From Candidatus Delongbacteria bacterium (lineage in GTDB: Bacteria; CAIWAD01): DNA of 64,000 bases. Under the pieces are notes generated by a model. The model had not been told where the DNA came from, made no database searches, and saw only the letters and a list, made by a program, of their open reading frames with translations. The stretch covers positions 3,264,001 through 3,328,000 of the forward strand of contig OY760505.1 in the NCBI GenBank assembly GCA_963663545.1. Direction: 5' to 3'. The position numbers and the translations under genes were made by a program. Shown in pieces: positions 49,328 to 58,935 of the stretch (the first letter of the stretch is position 1; each line of letters starts with the position of its first letter).

Positions 49328-51090
49328 GCCACTCCTCGCTCATCGAAACGCGTTTGACCGAGTGCCAGGATTGCTACAAATGCGTGCGCCATTGCCCAGT
49401 GAAGGCCATTCGCATCGAGAATGCCGCCGCCTCCATCATCGACGAGCTCTGCGTCTTCTGTGGCACCTGCGTGGAAACCTGCCCGGTGGAAGCCAAGCAG
49501 GTGCGCGACGACCGTGCGCGGGCGCGGAATCTGCTGCAGTTGAAGGAGAAAGTCCTTCTATCGCTGGCGCCCTCCTGGCGCAGTGAGTTTCCCGGAACAA
49601 GTCCGGCACAGTTGGCGGCAGCGGTGAGGAAGCTGGGCTTTTTCGGCGTCTCGGAAACCGCGCTCGGTGCAGAGGAGGTCTCGGCGAATCTGGCCGCACT
49701 GCTGGCCCGGCAGCAGGAGCCGCTGCTGATCTCGTCCGCCTGTCCCACGGTGGTGGAGACCATTCGCCGCTATCATCCGCATCTGACGCCCTTTCTTTCG
49801 CCCTTCCACTCGCCGCTGTTGGCGCACTGCACCATGTTGCGACAGCACTACGGCGCGGAGATCGGCATCGTCTTTGTCGGCCCCTGCATCGCCAAGAAGA
49901 AGGAGGCCGACGATCATCCCGCACTGCTCAACGTCGCTCTCGCCTTCAAGGCGCTGCACGAGTGGTTTGCCGAAGCGGGGTGCGAACCCGCCAGGCTGCA
50001 GGCCGAGTCCGCCGAAGGCTTCGTGCCTCACGCCGCCGCCGAGGGCGGCCTCTACCCCATGGACGGCGGCATGATTGCCGGTATCACGCGCGAGGGCAAA
50101 CCCTCCAATGCTCGCTACATGACCTTTTCGGGCATGAAAGCGATCGGCGGCATTCTCGAGGAGCTTCCTGAGCTGCTGAACGGCCCAGGACTTGAGACGC
50201 CTCTCTTTCTGGAGTTGCTGGCCTGCGAGGGCGGCTGCATCAACGGCCCGCTCATGAGCAAGCGCGGCGGCACCGTGGCCAAGCGTCTGCGCTTGATCGC
50301 CGAGACGCCCTACGCCGACGAGACCATTCCCAAGGCGCCCAGCTGCGATGTGAGCGCGGACTTCGATCCCGAACCCTTGCCGGAGAGCCGGTTCAGCGAG
50401 GAGCAGATCAAGGGCGTGCTGGCCAAAATCGGCAAGCGCAAGCCCAGTGACGAGTTCAACTGCGGCGGCTGTGGCTACGACGGCTGCCGGCAGTTCGCCG
50501 TCGCGGTGCTGGAGGGCAAAGCCGAGAGCGGCATGTGCTTCCACTACATGCGCAAGCTGGCGCACAAGAAGGCCAACAAGCTGATCGAGCGGATGCCCTC
50601 GGCGGTAGTCATCGTGGACGAGAACCTGCGCATCGTCGAATGCAACAGCGCTTTCGTGGCTCTGGGCGGCAGCGACGCCGAACTGATTCACGAGAGCAAT
50701 CCGGGTCTGGTGGGAGCCAACCTGGAGGCGGTGGTGCCCATTTCCAGCCATTTCCGGCGCGTGCTGGAGAGCGGCGAGGACCTGCTGGAGAAGAACATCG
50801 CCTGCCATGCGAGCATTCTGCACAGCTCCATTTTCTCCATCGAACCGCACCACGTGGTGGGCGGCATCTTTCAGGATATCACCCAGCCCTCGGTGCGCAA
50901 GGAGGAAATTGTGCGCAAGGCGCGCCAGGTGATTCAGGACAACCTGAAGACGGTGCAGAAGATCGCCTATCTGCTGGGCGAGAATGCTTCAGAAACCGAG
51001 ATCACGCTGAATTCCATCATCGAATCCTTTGTGCCCGACACACTCCCGGAGCGCGGCCCAGGCAAGGATGGGGGCCGGAGCGGACGATGA
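49324..51090 (+). CDS. hydS: PAS-containing sensory [FeFe]-hydrogenase (group C, HfsB/HydS-like)
   Basis: Variant motifs SSACP, GPCIAKKKE, ELLACEGGCING; FeS CGGCGY; C-terminal PAS. Confidence 0.88.
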   Translation: MSHSSLIETRLTECQDCYKCVRHCPVKAIRIENAAASIIDELCVFCGTCVETCPVEAKQVRDDRARARNLLQLKEKVLLSLAPSWRSEFPGTSPAQLAAAVRKLGFFGVSETALGAEEVSANLAALLARQQEPLLISSACPTVVETIRRYHPHLTPFLSPFHSPLLAHCTMLRQHYGAEIGIVFVGPCIAKKKEADDHPALLNVALAFKALHEWFAEAGCEPARLQAESAEGFVPHAAAEGGLYPMDGGMIAGITREGKPSNARYMTFSGMKAIGGILEELPELLNGPGLETPLFLELLACEGGCINGPLMSKRGGTVAKRLRLIAETPYADETIPKAPSCDVSADFDPEPLPESRFSEEQIKGVLAKIGKRKPSDEFNCGGCGYDGCRQFAVAVLEGKAESGMCFHYMRKLAHKKANKLIERMPSAVVIVDENLRIVECNSAFVALGGSDAELIHESNPGLVGANLEAVVPISSHFRRVLESGEDLLEKNIACHASILHSSIFSIEPHHVVGGIFQDITQPSVRKEEIVRKARQVIQDNLKTVQKIAYLLGENASETEITLNSIIESFVPDTLPERGPGKDGGRSGR

Positions 51091-52277
51091 GCGCGCCCTA
51101 CTTCATCGAGGTCGACCACTTTCAGAAGTGCAAGGACCGGCAGCAGGTGGCGGGCGACACTTTTCTGTCACGGCGCATGCGCGAAGACGGGCGGACGCTG
51201 GCGGTGCTTTCCGACGGTCTGGGCAGCGGCATCAAGGCCAATGTGCTTTCGACGCTGACGGCTTCGATGGCGCTGAATTACGCGACGGATTTTCGCGACA
51301 TCCGCAAGAGCTCCGAGATCATTCTGCGCACGCTGCCGGTGTGCAAAGTGCGCAAGATCAGCTACGCGACCTTCACCATTGTGGACATCGACAGTCAGGG
51401 GCTGGCCAAGATCATCGAGTACGATAATCCCGCCTACATTCTGCTACGGGGCCAGAGCCTGCTGCCGATTGAGAAAACGCTGATCGCCGGTCGGCTGGGT
51501 CGAAGTCGCAACTACGAGCTGAAGTACTCCACCGTCCAGCTTGAACACGGCGACCGGCTGGTGTTCTACACCGACGGCATTTCGCAAGCCGGCATTGGTT
51601 CGCCGGAGTTCCCGCTGGGTTGGGGCGAAGAGGCCGTGGCCGAGGCCGCTCGCATTATTGTGCATGGCGCACCTGGAATCAGCGCTCGTGAATTGTGCAA
51701 GCACCTGGTCGGCCACGCTTTTAGGCATAGCCAAATGCGTGCCGTGGACGACATGAGTTGTGCGGCCATCAGCTATCGGAGTCCGCGCGAGCTGCTGTTG
51801 GTCAGCGGTCCGCCGGTGGATGCGAGCCGCGATGCAGAGTTGGCACGCGCCGTGGCCAGCTTTGTGGGTAGCAGGGTCATTTGCGGCGGCACCACCGCCA
51901 GAATCATCGCTCAGCAGTTAGGGCGCAGCTTGAATATCGATTTCAACCCCGCCAACGGCTATTCCGATCTGCCGCCCGCCTCGCTGATGGAGGGCGTCGA
52001 TCTGGTTACGGAGGGGATCATTACCCTAAGCCGCGTGGCCAAGATTCTTGAGAGCGATGTACCACGCGAGGAGGTGACACGCTCACCGGCGCTGACCTTG
52101 GCGGAAAAGCTCCTGCAGAGCGACATCATTCATGTGCTGGCGGGAACGACCATCAACAGCGCGCACCAGGATCCCAATGTGCCCGTGGATCTCGAGATTC
52201 GCCGCAACATCCTCAAGAAAATCCTGCGCCTGCTGGAGGAGAAGTACTTGAAAGAGACCCGCCTGCAGTTCATCTAG
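51087..52277 (+). CDS. SpoIIE-type Ser/Thr phosphatase (HfsC-like)
   Basis: LSDGLGSGIKAN, YTDGISQ, DDMSC; ATGA overlap with hydS. Confidence 0.88.
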   Translation: MSAPYFIEVDHFQKCKDRQQVAGDTFLSRRMREDGRTLAVLSDGLGSGIKANVLSTLTASMALNYATDFRDIRKSSEIILRTLPVCKVRKISYATFTIVDIDSQGLAKIIEYDNPAYILLRGQSLLPIEKTLIAGRLGRSRNYELKYSTVQLEHGDRLVFYTDGISQAGIGSPEFPLGWGEEAVAEAARIIVHGAPGISARELCKHLVGHAFRHSQMRAVDDMSCAAISYRSPRELLLVSGPPVDASRDAELARAVASFVGSRVICGGTTARIIAQQLGRSLNIDFNPANGYSDLPPASLMEGVDLVTEGIITLSRVAKILESDVPREEVTRSPALTLAEKLLQSDIIHVLAGTTINSAHQDPNVPVDLEIRRNILKKILRLLEEKYLKETRLQFI

Positions 52278-52562
52278 CTTTTTGTCGAAGCCGACGTTGT
52301 CGTCGATGTAGGCCGCCGGATCTACTCGATTTCACAGCCAACACCTTCGCGGCCTTTACGGACCGCAACATCGAACAGGGTGTTCGTACTCGCGCAGGTT
52401 TGCCTTAGATCTGGCTATGCTGGAGCGCTACTAGGACTTGCCAGGACGAGCTTGCATGCCTACGAGAAAGACGCTTTTGTGCTACAATGACCCCTGCAAT
52501 TCATGTCTTATGCTGAACAAAGATGCCGAGTTTATCAACTGTGCCCATCCGGGGAGAATGTC

Positions 52563-54050
52563 ATGAGTGAGCCGGTGTTCAGATTTTCGGAGGCCGTCTT
52601 CTGTTATCTATTGACGAACAGCCCCAGTGAATTGTTTGCCAAATCCATCGAGTTCTCCAAGGGGCTCTTTCTTAGCTATACCCAGACGACGGATGTTGTT
52701 GTAGCGCAGCTTGAGCAGCGAAAAGTCTGCGTGATCGGGTTTTGCGTCGACGCGCACATGGAGATTCCGCGAGCAGAGCTTGCCGGGCAACTCCTGCGCC
52801 GGTGCGGTGGAATAGAAGAGCTGGTTGAGTTTGCACGTCGTCTGGCGGGTCAGTATGTATTGCTTTACGAAGACGAGCACGGCCTGTTTGCCTTTGGCGA
52901 TGCCACAGGAAGAGTGCAGATCAACTACGCAAAGAATCCGTCCGAGCTTGCGATATCGAGCAATGACAAGCTACTCGCTGATTTGCTTGGTTGCGCACCT
53001 TCAGAACGGGCCTTGCGCATTCGTATGGGGTCAGAGTTCAGCCAGCCCTTTCCCAACGACCTTACTTTGTATGATGACATTCGTGTCTTGCTGCCCAATC
53101 ACTACATAGAATTGAAGTCGCGGAGCCTTCGGCGGTTTTTTCCCAGAGCTGCAGTCGCAGCTGTATCGAACAATCCAGAGGTGATCGCGGAAAGCATCAG
53201 GCACAGCATCGAGTTATCCAGAAATATCCTTCGTGAATACAGAAAGTGCTACGATGTGATTTGCCCCCTGTCCGGAGGATGGGACAGCCGTTTGAATCTG
53301 GCCTTCGCCCAAGAGGCCGACGCGGGAGTTGAGTGCTACACGTTCAAGCATCCTGGCTTCACGGAAACAACCGGCGACTACTTCATTCCGCCGCGGGTAT
53401 GCAAAGACCAACATCTGCCTCATCGTATCCTACCAGATCTGCCGATTCCGGAGGAGTATCAGCGATCGCTTGAAACAGTGGTTGGTCCCTACCACAGCAA
53501 GTACACGTTGACTTTAGCCTACACCTTGCTTCATGCATACAAAGGCAAGGCAATATTGGACGGTGGCATCATCGACCAGGTCGGCAAAAGCCTGCTGGGA
53601 AACAGCCTGCCGGATCGGTATGGAACCGCTGCTTTCTTTCAAGCAAAACTGCACAATGTTGCCGCTGAGACTCGTCAGGAGATTCAGCGCTATCTGGATG
53701 CTTTGGGATCAAAGCAGGACGTGTTTGATCTGTTCGCTATCGAAAGCCGCTGCGGGAGGTGGGCAGCCCAAGGGCTAATGATTTACTCCGCAGCGTCCAT
53801 TGTGACACTTAATATCTTTAACTGCAGAGAAATCATAGAATTGTGGATGAAGGTTCCGCGAAAACTGCGGGTTGAGAAGATCATACATAAAACAGCATTT
53901 GAAACACTGAATTCATCGTTGTTGGACGTTGAGTTCAATCCAGGGTGCAAAACAGATGTTTTCAAGAAGCACTACCTACCCTTTCTTGCGATGACCTATG
54001 CCAAGCAAATGATCGGATATGTGAAGGGTAAGCGTAGAGGCCTGTGCTAG
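52563..54050 (+). CDS. Asparagine-synthase-like protein (PP-loop)
   Basis: LSGGWDSR motif; start may be 52503. Confidence 0.6.
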   Translation: MSEPVFRFSEAVFCYLLTNSPSELFAKSIEFSKGLFLSYTQTTDVVVAQLEQRKVCVIGFCVDAHMEIPRAELAGQLLRRCGGIEELVEFARRLAGQYVLLYEDEHGLFAFGDATGRVQINYAKNPSELAISSNDKLLADLLGCAPSERALRIRMGSEFSQPFPNDLTLYDDIRVLLPNHYIELKSRSLRRFFPRAAVAAVSNNPEVIAESIRHSIELSRNILREYRKCYDVICPLSGGWDSRLNLAFAQEADAGVECYTFKHPGFTETTGDYFIPPRVCKDQHLPHRILPDLPIPEEYQRSLETVVGPYHSKYTLTLAYTLLHAYKGKAILDGGIIDQVGKSLLGNSLPDRYGTAAFFQAKLHNVAAETRQEIQRYLDALGSKQDVFDLFAIESRCGRWAAQGLMIYSAASIVTLNIFNCREIIELWMKVPRKLRVEKIIHKTAFETLNSSLLDVEFNPGCKTDVFKKHYLPFLAMTYAKQMIGYVKGKRRGLC

Positions 54051-54087
54051 GTCGTTCTACCTCGCGACTGGAGGCCTGGAGGAGAGC

Positions 54088-54711
54088 ATGAGATTTCGCC
54101 GATTTGCACAGCTAAAACAAAGCTTCCCCGGTACCGCGCTCCTGGTCGAGATCGTCTCCATTGTCTTCGCCGTACTGCTGGCGCTTGTGGTCAACGAGTG
54201 GCGCGAGAACCGCCATCTTGCTCAGCAGGTGGAGCGTTCGGTGGATGGCCTTCGCCTTGAGATCGAGAGCAATCTGCAGAAGGTGCGTGAGGCGCACGCG
54301 TATCAGGCCCAGACTCTGGAGCTGATGCGAAGCACGCTCTACTCAGAGGAGGAAGACGCACACGAGCCGGACTACGAAGCGCTGATCACGCAGCTCTACG
54401 AGCGCGAGGGTGGCATGTGGTGCCCGGCACAGACGGTGGACTCGGCCTGGAAGACGGCTGAAACCACGGGCATTCTGCGTCACATGGACTACCAGCGCGT
54501 GCTCTTGCTGGCGCACGTCTACGACAGCCAGGCGCGCTATCAGGCGGAGGTGCGGGGTATCAGCGAGGCGCAGACGCTGGTGGCCTTTCTCGACACGAGT
54601 CCCGCGCGCTTCGCCGGTGGGTTTTACCAGGGTGTGAACACGGTCTGGTGGCAGGAGAAGTCTCTGCTGGACGCCTATGAAGGCGCGCTGCAGCAGCTTT
54701 CCAAAGAATAG
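54088..54711 (+). CDS. Hypothetical membrane-anchored protein
   Basis: GGAG RBS; N-terminal EIVSIVFAVLLALVVNEW helix. Confidence 0.7.
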   Translation: MRFRRFAQLKQSFPGTALLVEIVSIVFAVLLALVVNEWRENRHLAQQVERSVDGLRLEIESNLQKVREAHAYQAQTLELMRSTLYSEEEDAHEPDYEALITQLYEREGGMWCPAQTVDSAWKTAETTGILRHMDYQRVLLLAHVYDSQARYQAEVRGISEAQTLVAFLDTSPARFAGGFYQGVNTVWWQEKSLLDAYEGALQQLSKE

Positions 54712-54868
54712 CTGCAGTTGTTGCGAAGTATAGCGAATCAAGAACTTTCGCGATTTCAATTTTATTCTACAAGAAGAACACTGAACTTCTGATTCTTGTA
54801 TTCATTGACGAACAGATCGCTGAATATTAAATGGGCTTAAGTAGATTGGCAGCAAAGGGAGTGGACGC

Positions 54869-55852
54869 ATGAGCAGTGTATGGATGATTCGTGCAGACGG
54901 CGGTGCCCTGATTGATACATTCCTCATGAAGGGTGTCGTTTCAATCAAGTGGGATGTTGGTGATTTAACGAGCCTAAGTAAAAAGGATGAAATCGCTGAC
55001 AGATTGAAAGTGGTGTATCCTGAAGCTTCACCCTTAACGCTTTCCATATGGACTGGAGTTGTGTATCGATTTCGTAGCGAAATTGAGATTCATGACCATG
55101 TCGTTACTTACGACCCTTCTACACGTACTTACCATTTAGGTGAGATCTCAACCGACTACTACTTTGATGCTGTGGACGATCCTGTGTGGCCGCATACACG
55201 CAAAGTGAACTGGCTGCATCAGGTGTCGCGGGATGCATTATCGCTGTCAACAAAGAACAGTCTTGGCGCTACGCTTACCTTGTTCAAGCTTGGTGAGTCT
55301 GCTTCAGCAGAGTTGTTGGCTGTAGCAGCAGGACAGCAGCAGCCGCAACTGGAAGAGCAATTGGAGGGTGTATCCGAGACGGATTTGCTGGAGGAGACGT
55401 TAAACCGATCACGTGAGTTCGTCAAGGATCGAATGGCCAAACTCACTTGGCAGCAAATGCAGGAGCTTGTAGCTGGTTTGCTTCGCGCTATGGGGTATAA
55501 AACGAGAGTTTCTCCTCAGGGAAGTGATCGTGGAAGAGATATCGTGGCCTCGCCAGATGGTTTTGGTTTGGAGCAGCCGCGCATAGTTGTTGAAGTTAAG
55601 CATCGTAAGCACTCGAGTACAGCACCAGATTTACGTAGTTTTCTTGGCGGTCGACACAAAGACGACAAGGGCTTGTATGTGAGTACGGGGGGATTTACCC
55701 AAGAAGCAAGGTATGAGGCGGACCGAAGTGCAATTCCATTGGCGCTTATGGATTTGGACGATCTTGTAAGTGCAGTGTTTGATCATTACGAAGAGATGGA
55801 TGTTGACACGCGATCACTTTTGCCCATGGTAAGGCTTTACTGGCCCACTTGA
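54869..55852 (+). CDS. mrr: Mrr-family (type IV) restriction endonuclease
   Basis: LLRAMGY...DRGRDIVA...VEVK...STGGFT; AT-richer than host. Confidence 0.88.
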   Translation: MSSVWMIRADGGALIDTFLMKGVVSIKWDVGDLTSLSKKDEIADRLKVVYPEASPLTLSIWTGVVYRFRSEIEIHDHVVTYDPSTRTYHLGEISTDYYFDAVDDPVWPHTRKVNWLHQVSRDALSLSTKNSLGATLTLFKLGESASAELLAVAAGQQQPQLEEQLEGVSETDLLEETLNRSREFVKDRMAKLTWQQMQELVAGLLRAMGYKTRVSPQGSDRGRDIVASPDGFGLEQPRIVVEVKHRKHSSTAPDLRSFLGGRHKDDKGLYVSTGGFTQEARYEADRSAIPLALMDLDDLVSAVFDHYEEMDVDTRSLLPMVRLYWPT

Positions 55853-55893
55853 TCCGCAATCTCGGACCATCCTAACGCGAAAATGTATGGCAT

Positions 55894-56670
55894 ATGCAAC
55901 ATCCCGCGCGCATCTCGCTGAAGACCTTTCTGCGACAGTATCTGGCGGAGGTCTTCTTTTTGGAGGGCGGCCTGCGAACCACGCTGGCAACGCTGCTGGG
56001 CAGGCCGGGCAAACTGAGTTGCGAGTATTGCGACGGCGCGGACCAGCCCCATTCCCGCATTACACCGTTGCGGCTGTATCTGGGCATCAACCTCCTTTTC
56101 TTCTTCCTCATTCCGCTGCTGAACACCGAACAGTTCCGCATGTTCTCCTTCAACCTGGATTCGCTGCGGGCGGGTAATTCCTGGTATCAGTCGCTGGTGG
56201 AAGAACAGATCGAGCAGTGCGGGTTGGGGGAGACCGTTTACCGCGAGCGCTTTGATGCCAACCTGGAATACAGCAAGTCAGCCTATTTCTTTCTGGTGGT
56301 TCCGCTTTCCGCGCTGGTGCTCTACGCCACGCATTCTCGTCGACGGCGGTATTTCGTTGAGCATCTTGTGTTTGCGCTGCATTTCTTCGCCTTCTTCCTG
56401 CTCGCTTTGCTGCTGACTCTCGCCCTCTTTCGCGCTGCTTCCGCGCTGCTGAGCGGGCTGCACGGTGCCCAAGGCTGGCTGGGCTTGCTCTTGCCCACTG
56501 GCATGATGCTTTGGGTTTGTGCTTATCTGGCAGTAGCCCTGCGCCGCTTTTATGCAGGCGGTTGGGGCGGATTCCTGCTCACACTGCCGCTGGTCTTGTT
56601 GGGCCTCTTCGCCGCCTTCGGGCTGTACGCGCAGTTCCTCTTCCTGCACGCCTATCTTGGTCTGATGTAG
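55894..56670 (+). CDS. DUF3667-like membrane protein
   Basis: RPGKLSCEY...PLRLYL...YFVEHLVFALH. Confidence 0.7.
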   Translation: MQHPARISLKTFLRQYLAEVFFLEGGLRTTLATLLGRPGKLSCEYCDGADQPHSRITPLRLYLGINLLFFFLIPLLNTEQFRMFSFNLDSLRAGNSWYQSLVEEQIEQCGLGETVYRERFDANLEYSKSAYFFLVVPLSALVLYATHSRRRRYFVEHLVFALHFFAFFLLALLLTLALFRAASALLSGLHGAQGWLGLLLPTGMMLWVCAYLAVALRRFYAGGWGGFLLTLPLVLLGLFAAFGLYAQFLFLHAYLGLM

Positions 56671-56964
56671 AATCGTCGGCGCTTTAGCCATTCCCCGTCA
56701 TGTTCACTCCGCCTCTACACGATAGCGCAGCGGTTCACGTACACGGCTTTTCGAGAACAAGAACGTATGGGCGATTGGCGCACTTTCTGTTAGCAATTCT
56801 GCACACCCTGGATTCAACAAACGAGCAGACGCAAGAATCGCTGGCAATTCCACCGAACGCTTTGTTGTTTCTGTCAAGCGGGTCCGGAGCGGGCGTGTTT
56901 TCTCTTGGGAAATCGGAAAGTATGACGTATCATCCTACCCGATTCATCAAGATCCGGAGTCGCC

Positions 56965-57207
56965 ATGAGCGTGTCCAAGATTGCCATCACAATGGATAGC
57001 GAACTCGTGAAGCGCATTGATCAGCTTGTGCAAAGCCGGGAGTTTCCCAACCGCAGCCGAGCCATTCAGCAGGCGGTCGAGGAGAAGCTTGCGCGGCTTG
57101 ATCGCACCCGCTTGGCCAGCGAATGTGCCAAGCTGGATCCTGCCGAAGAAGGCGCTTTTGCTGACGAGGGTTTGCTTGAAGAGGCAGGCGAATGGCCGGA
57201 ATACTAA
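56965..57207 (+). CDS. Ribbon-helix-helix antitoxin
   Basis: KIAITMD...FPNRSRAIQQAV; overlaps the toxin start. Confidence 0.85.
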   Translation: MSVSKIAITMDSELVKRIDQLVQSREFPNRSRAIQQAVEEKLARLDRTRLASECAKLDPAEEGAFADEGLLEEAGEWPEY

Positions 57208-57530
57208 GGGGCGACATTCGCTGGGCGCAGCTGAATCCCGTGCGGGGACAGGAGCAGGCAGGTTACCGGCCGGTGCTGATTCTTAGCGTGGATGTTTTCA
57301 ACCAGCGCTCCGGTACTGTAATCGCCCTTGCCCTTACAAGCCGGGAGCCGCGAGCCGGCTTTCCCCTGAGCCTGGCCCTCGGCTCAACCGAGCTGCCCAA
57401 GCCCTCCTGGGTCAAGATTAGCCAGATCCGCACCCTGTCGACGGAACGCATCGGCGAGCGCCTGGCTTCCGCCACGCCCGAAGAGCTGGCCCGGGTGATC
57501 GAAGGGCTGCAGGAGCTGCTGGGGGCTTGA
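57192..57530 (+). CDS. mazF: PemK/MazF-family toxin
   Basis: RGDIRWAQLNPVRGQEQAGYRPVLILS...QIRTLSTERI. Confidence 0.9.
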   Translation: MAGILRGDIRWAQLNPVRGQEQAGYRPVLILSVDVFNQRSGTVIALALTSREPRAGFPLSLALGSTELPKPSWVKISQIRTLSTERIGERLASATPEELARVIEGLQELLGA

Positions 57531-57808
57531 GCTCGAACTGTAGCGCTTCCACGCTTCCCGAAGCTGGCTTGTGTAGACTTGGTGCTGAATCCATGATGTC
57601 GGAAACTTGTTGGCAATCATCAAGATGTCAACCGGATTCCTGCTTTCTACTGGATCGCCAGCACTCCTGCGCGGCGAGATTCGTGTCTTATTCCACCTGC
57701 ACTGAATTGCTATTTTCAACGGCAAGTTGCTGGCGGACGGAATGGAGTCTTCATCTGCTTTCGTCGCCTGCCTGAAGTAGACCATATTCTTGCACTCTGA
57801 GGCTAGCG

Positions 57809-58300
57809 ATGACCCCGACGATTTCCCCCCTTTGTGCTGCTGACCTTGAAGCTGTCGGTGCTTTGTTCAACTACTACGTCGAACACTCCTTTGCTGCTTA
57901 TCCGGAGCAGCGATTGCCCCACCAGGCCTTTCAGTTTTTCCTGGACGCGGCCAAGACCCATCCCGTGCTGACGGTCAAGGACGAAACGGGCCGACTGCTG
58001 GGCTTTGGCATGCTGACGCCCTTCGATCCCTTCAGCTCATTTCGCAAGACCGTCGAGGTGGCCAGCTTTCTCGACCCCGAGAGGACCGGGCTGGGCCTCG
58101 GCACTCTGCTGCTTGAGGCGCTAGAGGCGCGCGCACGGGAGATGGGCATCAAGACCATTCTGGCGAATATCTCCTCGCTGAATCCGCGCAGCATTCAGTT
58201 TCATGCCAAACACGGCTATGTGGAATGCGGACGCTTCCTTAAGGTGGGGCACAAGCTGGGGCACGATTTCGATATGGTGTATATGCAGAAGTTCTTATAG
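57809..58300 (+). CDS. GNAT N-acetyltransferase (phosphinothricin acetyltransferase-like)
   Basis: GLGLGTLLL, NPRSIQFHAKHGY, VGHKLG. Confidence 0.85.
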   Translation: MTPTISPLCAADLEAVGALFNYYVEHSFAAYPEQRLPHQAFQFFLDAAKTHPVLTVKDETGRLLGFGMLTPFDPFSSFRKTVEVASFLDPERTGLGLGTLLLEALEARAREMGIKTILANISSLNPRSIQFHAKHGYVECGRFLKVGHKLGHDFDMVYMQKFL

Positions 58301-58328
58301 CCTCCATGCTCCCCAGCGGAGTTTCGAA

Positions 58329-58733
58329 ATCGGTATCGGTATCGAGGCGCTGCCTTTCGGCTGATGTCCTCTCTATGCCGCTGGCGCGGGGCTTACGCTG
58401 GCGCTAAGCGAAGAAGAGACCACTTTCTTTGTCGCGTCAAAGAAAGTGGCGCAAAGAAAACGCTCGCCCGTCCAGAGGGTCTTGACGCCTCGTCAAGACC
58501 GCCTGGCCGGGCATGGCTGATGCCTTAGGATACGCTAACGAGTTCACGATCGACTTTGCTTGGCAAAGTCGACGTTCACAGACGACTGGCTGCGAGAGAC
58601 ATGTCTCATCCTCTCTTCGGTAGGAACCCATTGTATCCTATGGACGAAGACCCGCAATTGGCTGGAGTTTCATGTATGGGTACGTCTTGCGCGGGGCTTC
58701 GTCGATGTGTCCCGACCGCAGGTCGGGACACAC
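58329..58733. repeat. Modular palindromic repeat cluster (second copy)
   Basis: Shares atcggtatcggtatcg, gaggcgctgcc, actttctttgtcgcgYcaaagaaagt and cctatggacgaag...cttcgtcga with 39133-39444. Confidence 0.75.
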
Positions 58734-58935
58734 GAGCTGCAGAAAGTGACCGGCCTGAGCAGCGCGTGTGGCCGAAGCCGCACCTGAGTACGGCGAAGAG
58801 GATCGGCCCCAGCTCCGGCTTGCACTGCCAGCCTGTTCCTTCAGGCTTCCGGAATCCGCTGCGCCTTCAGTTTTCCCTTCTTCGATGTCTGCCAAGACGC
58901 TACCTTCCTGTATCATTAGCTTGCAGTGAGGAAAC

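Noticed and set aside
50535..51086. N-terminal extension of the phosphatase ORF
   Set aside because: Overlaps hydS out of frame; ATG 51087 coupled to the hydS stop is the likely start
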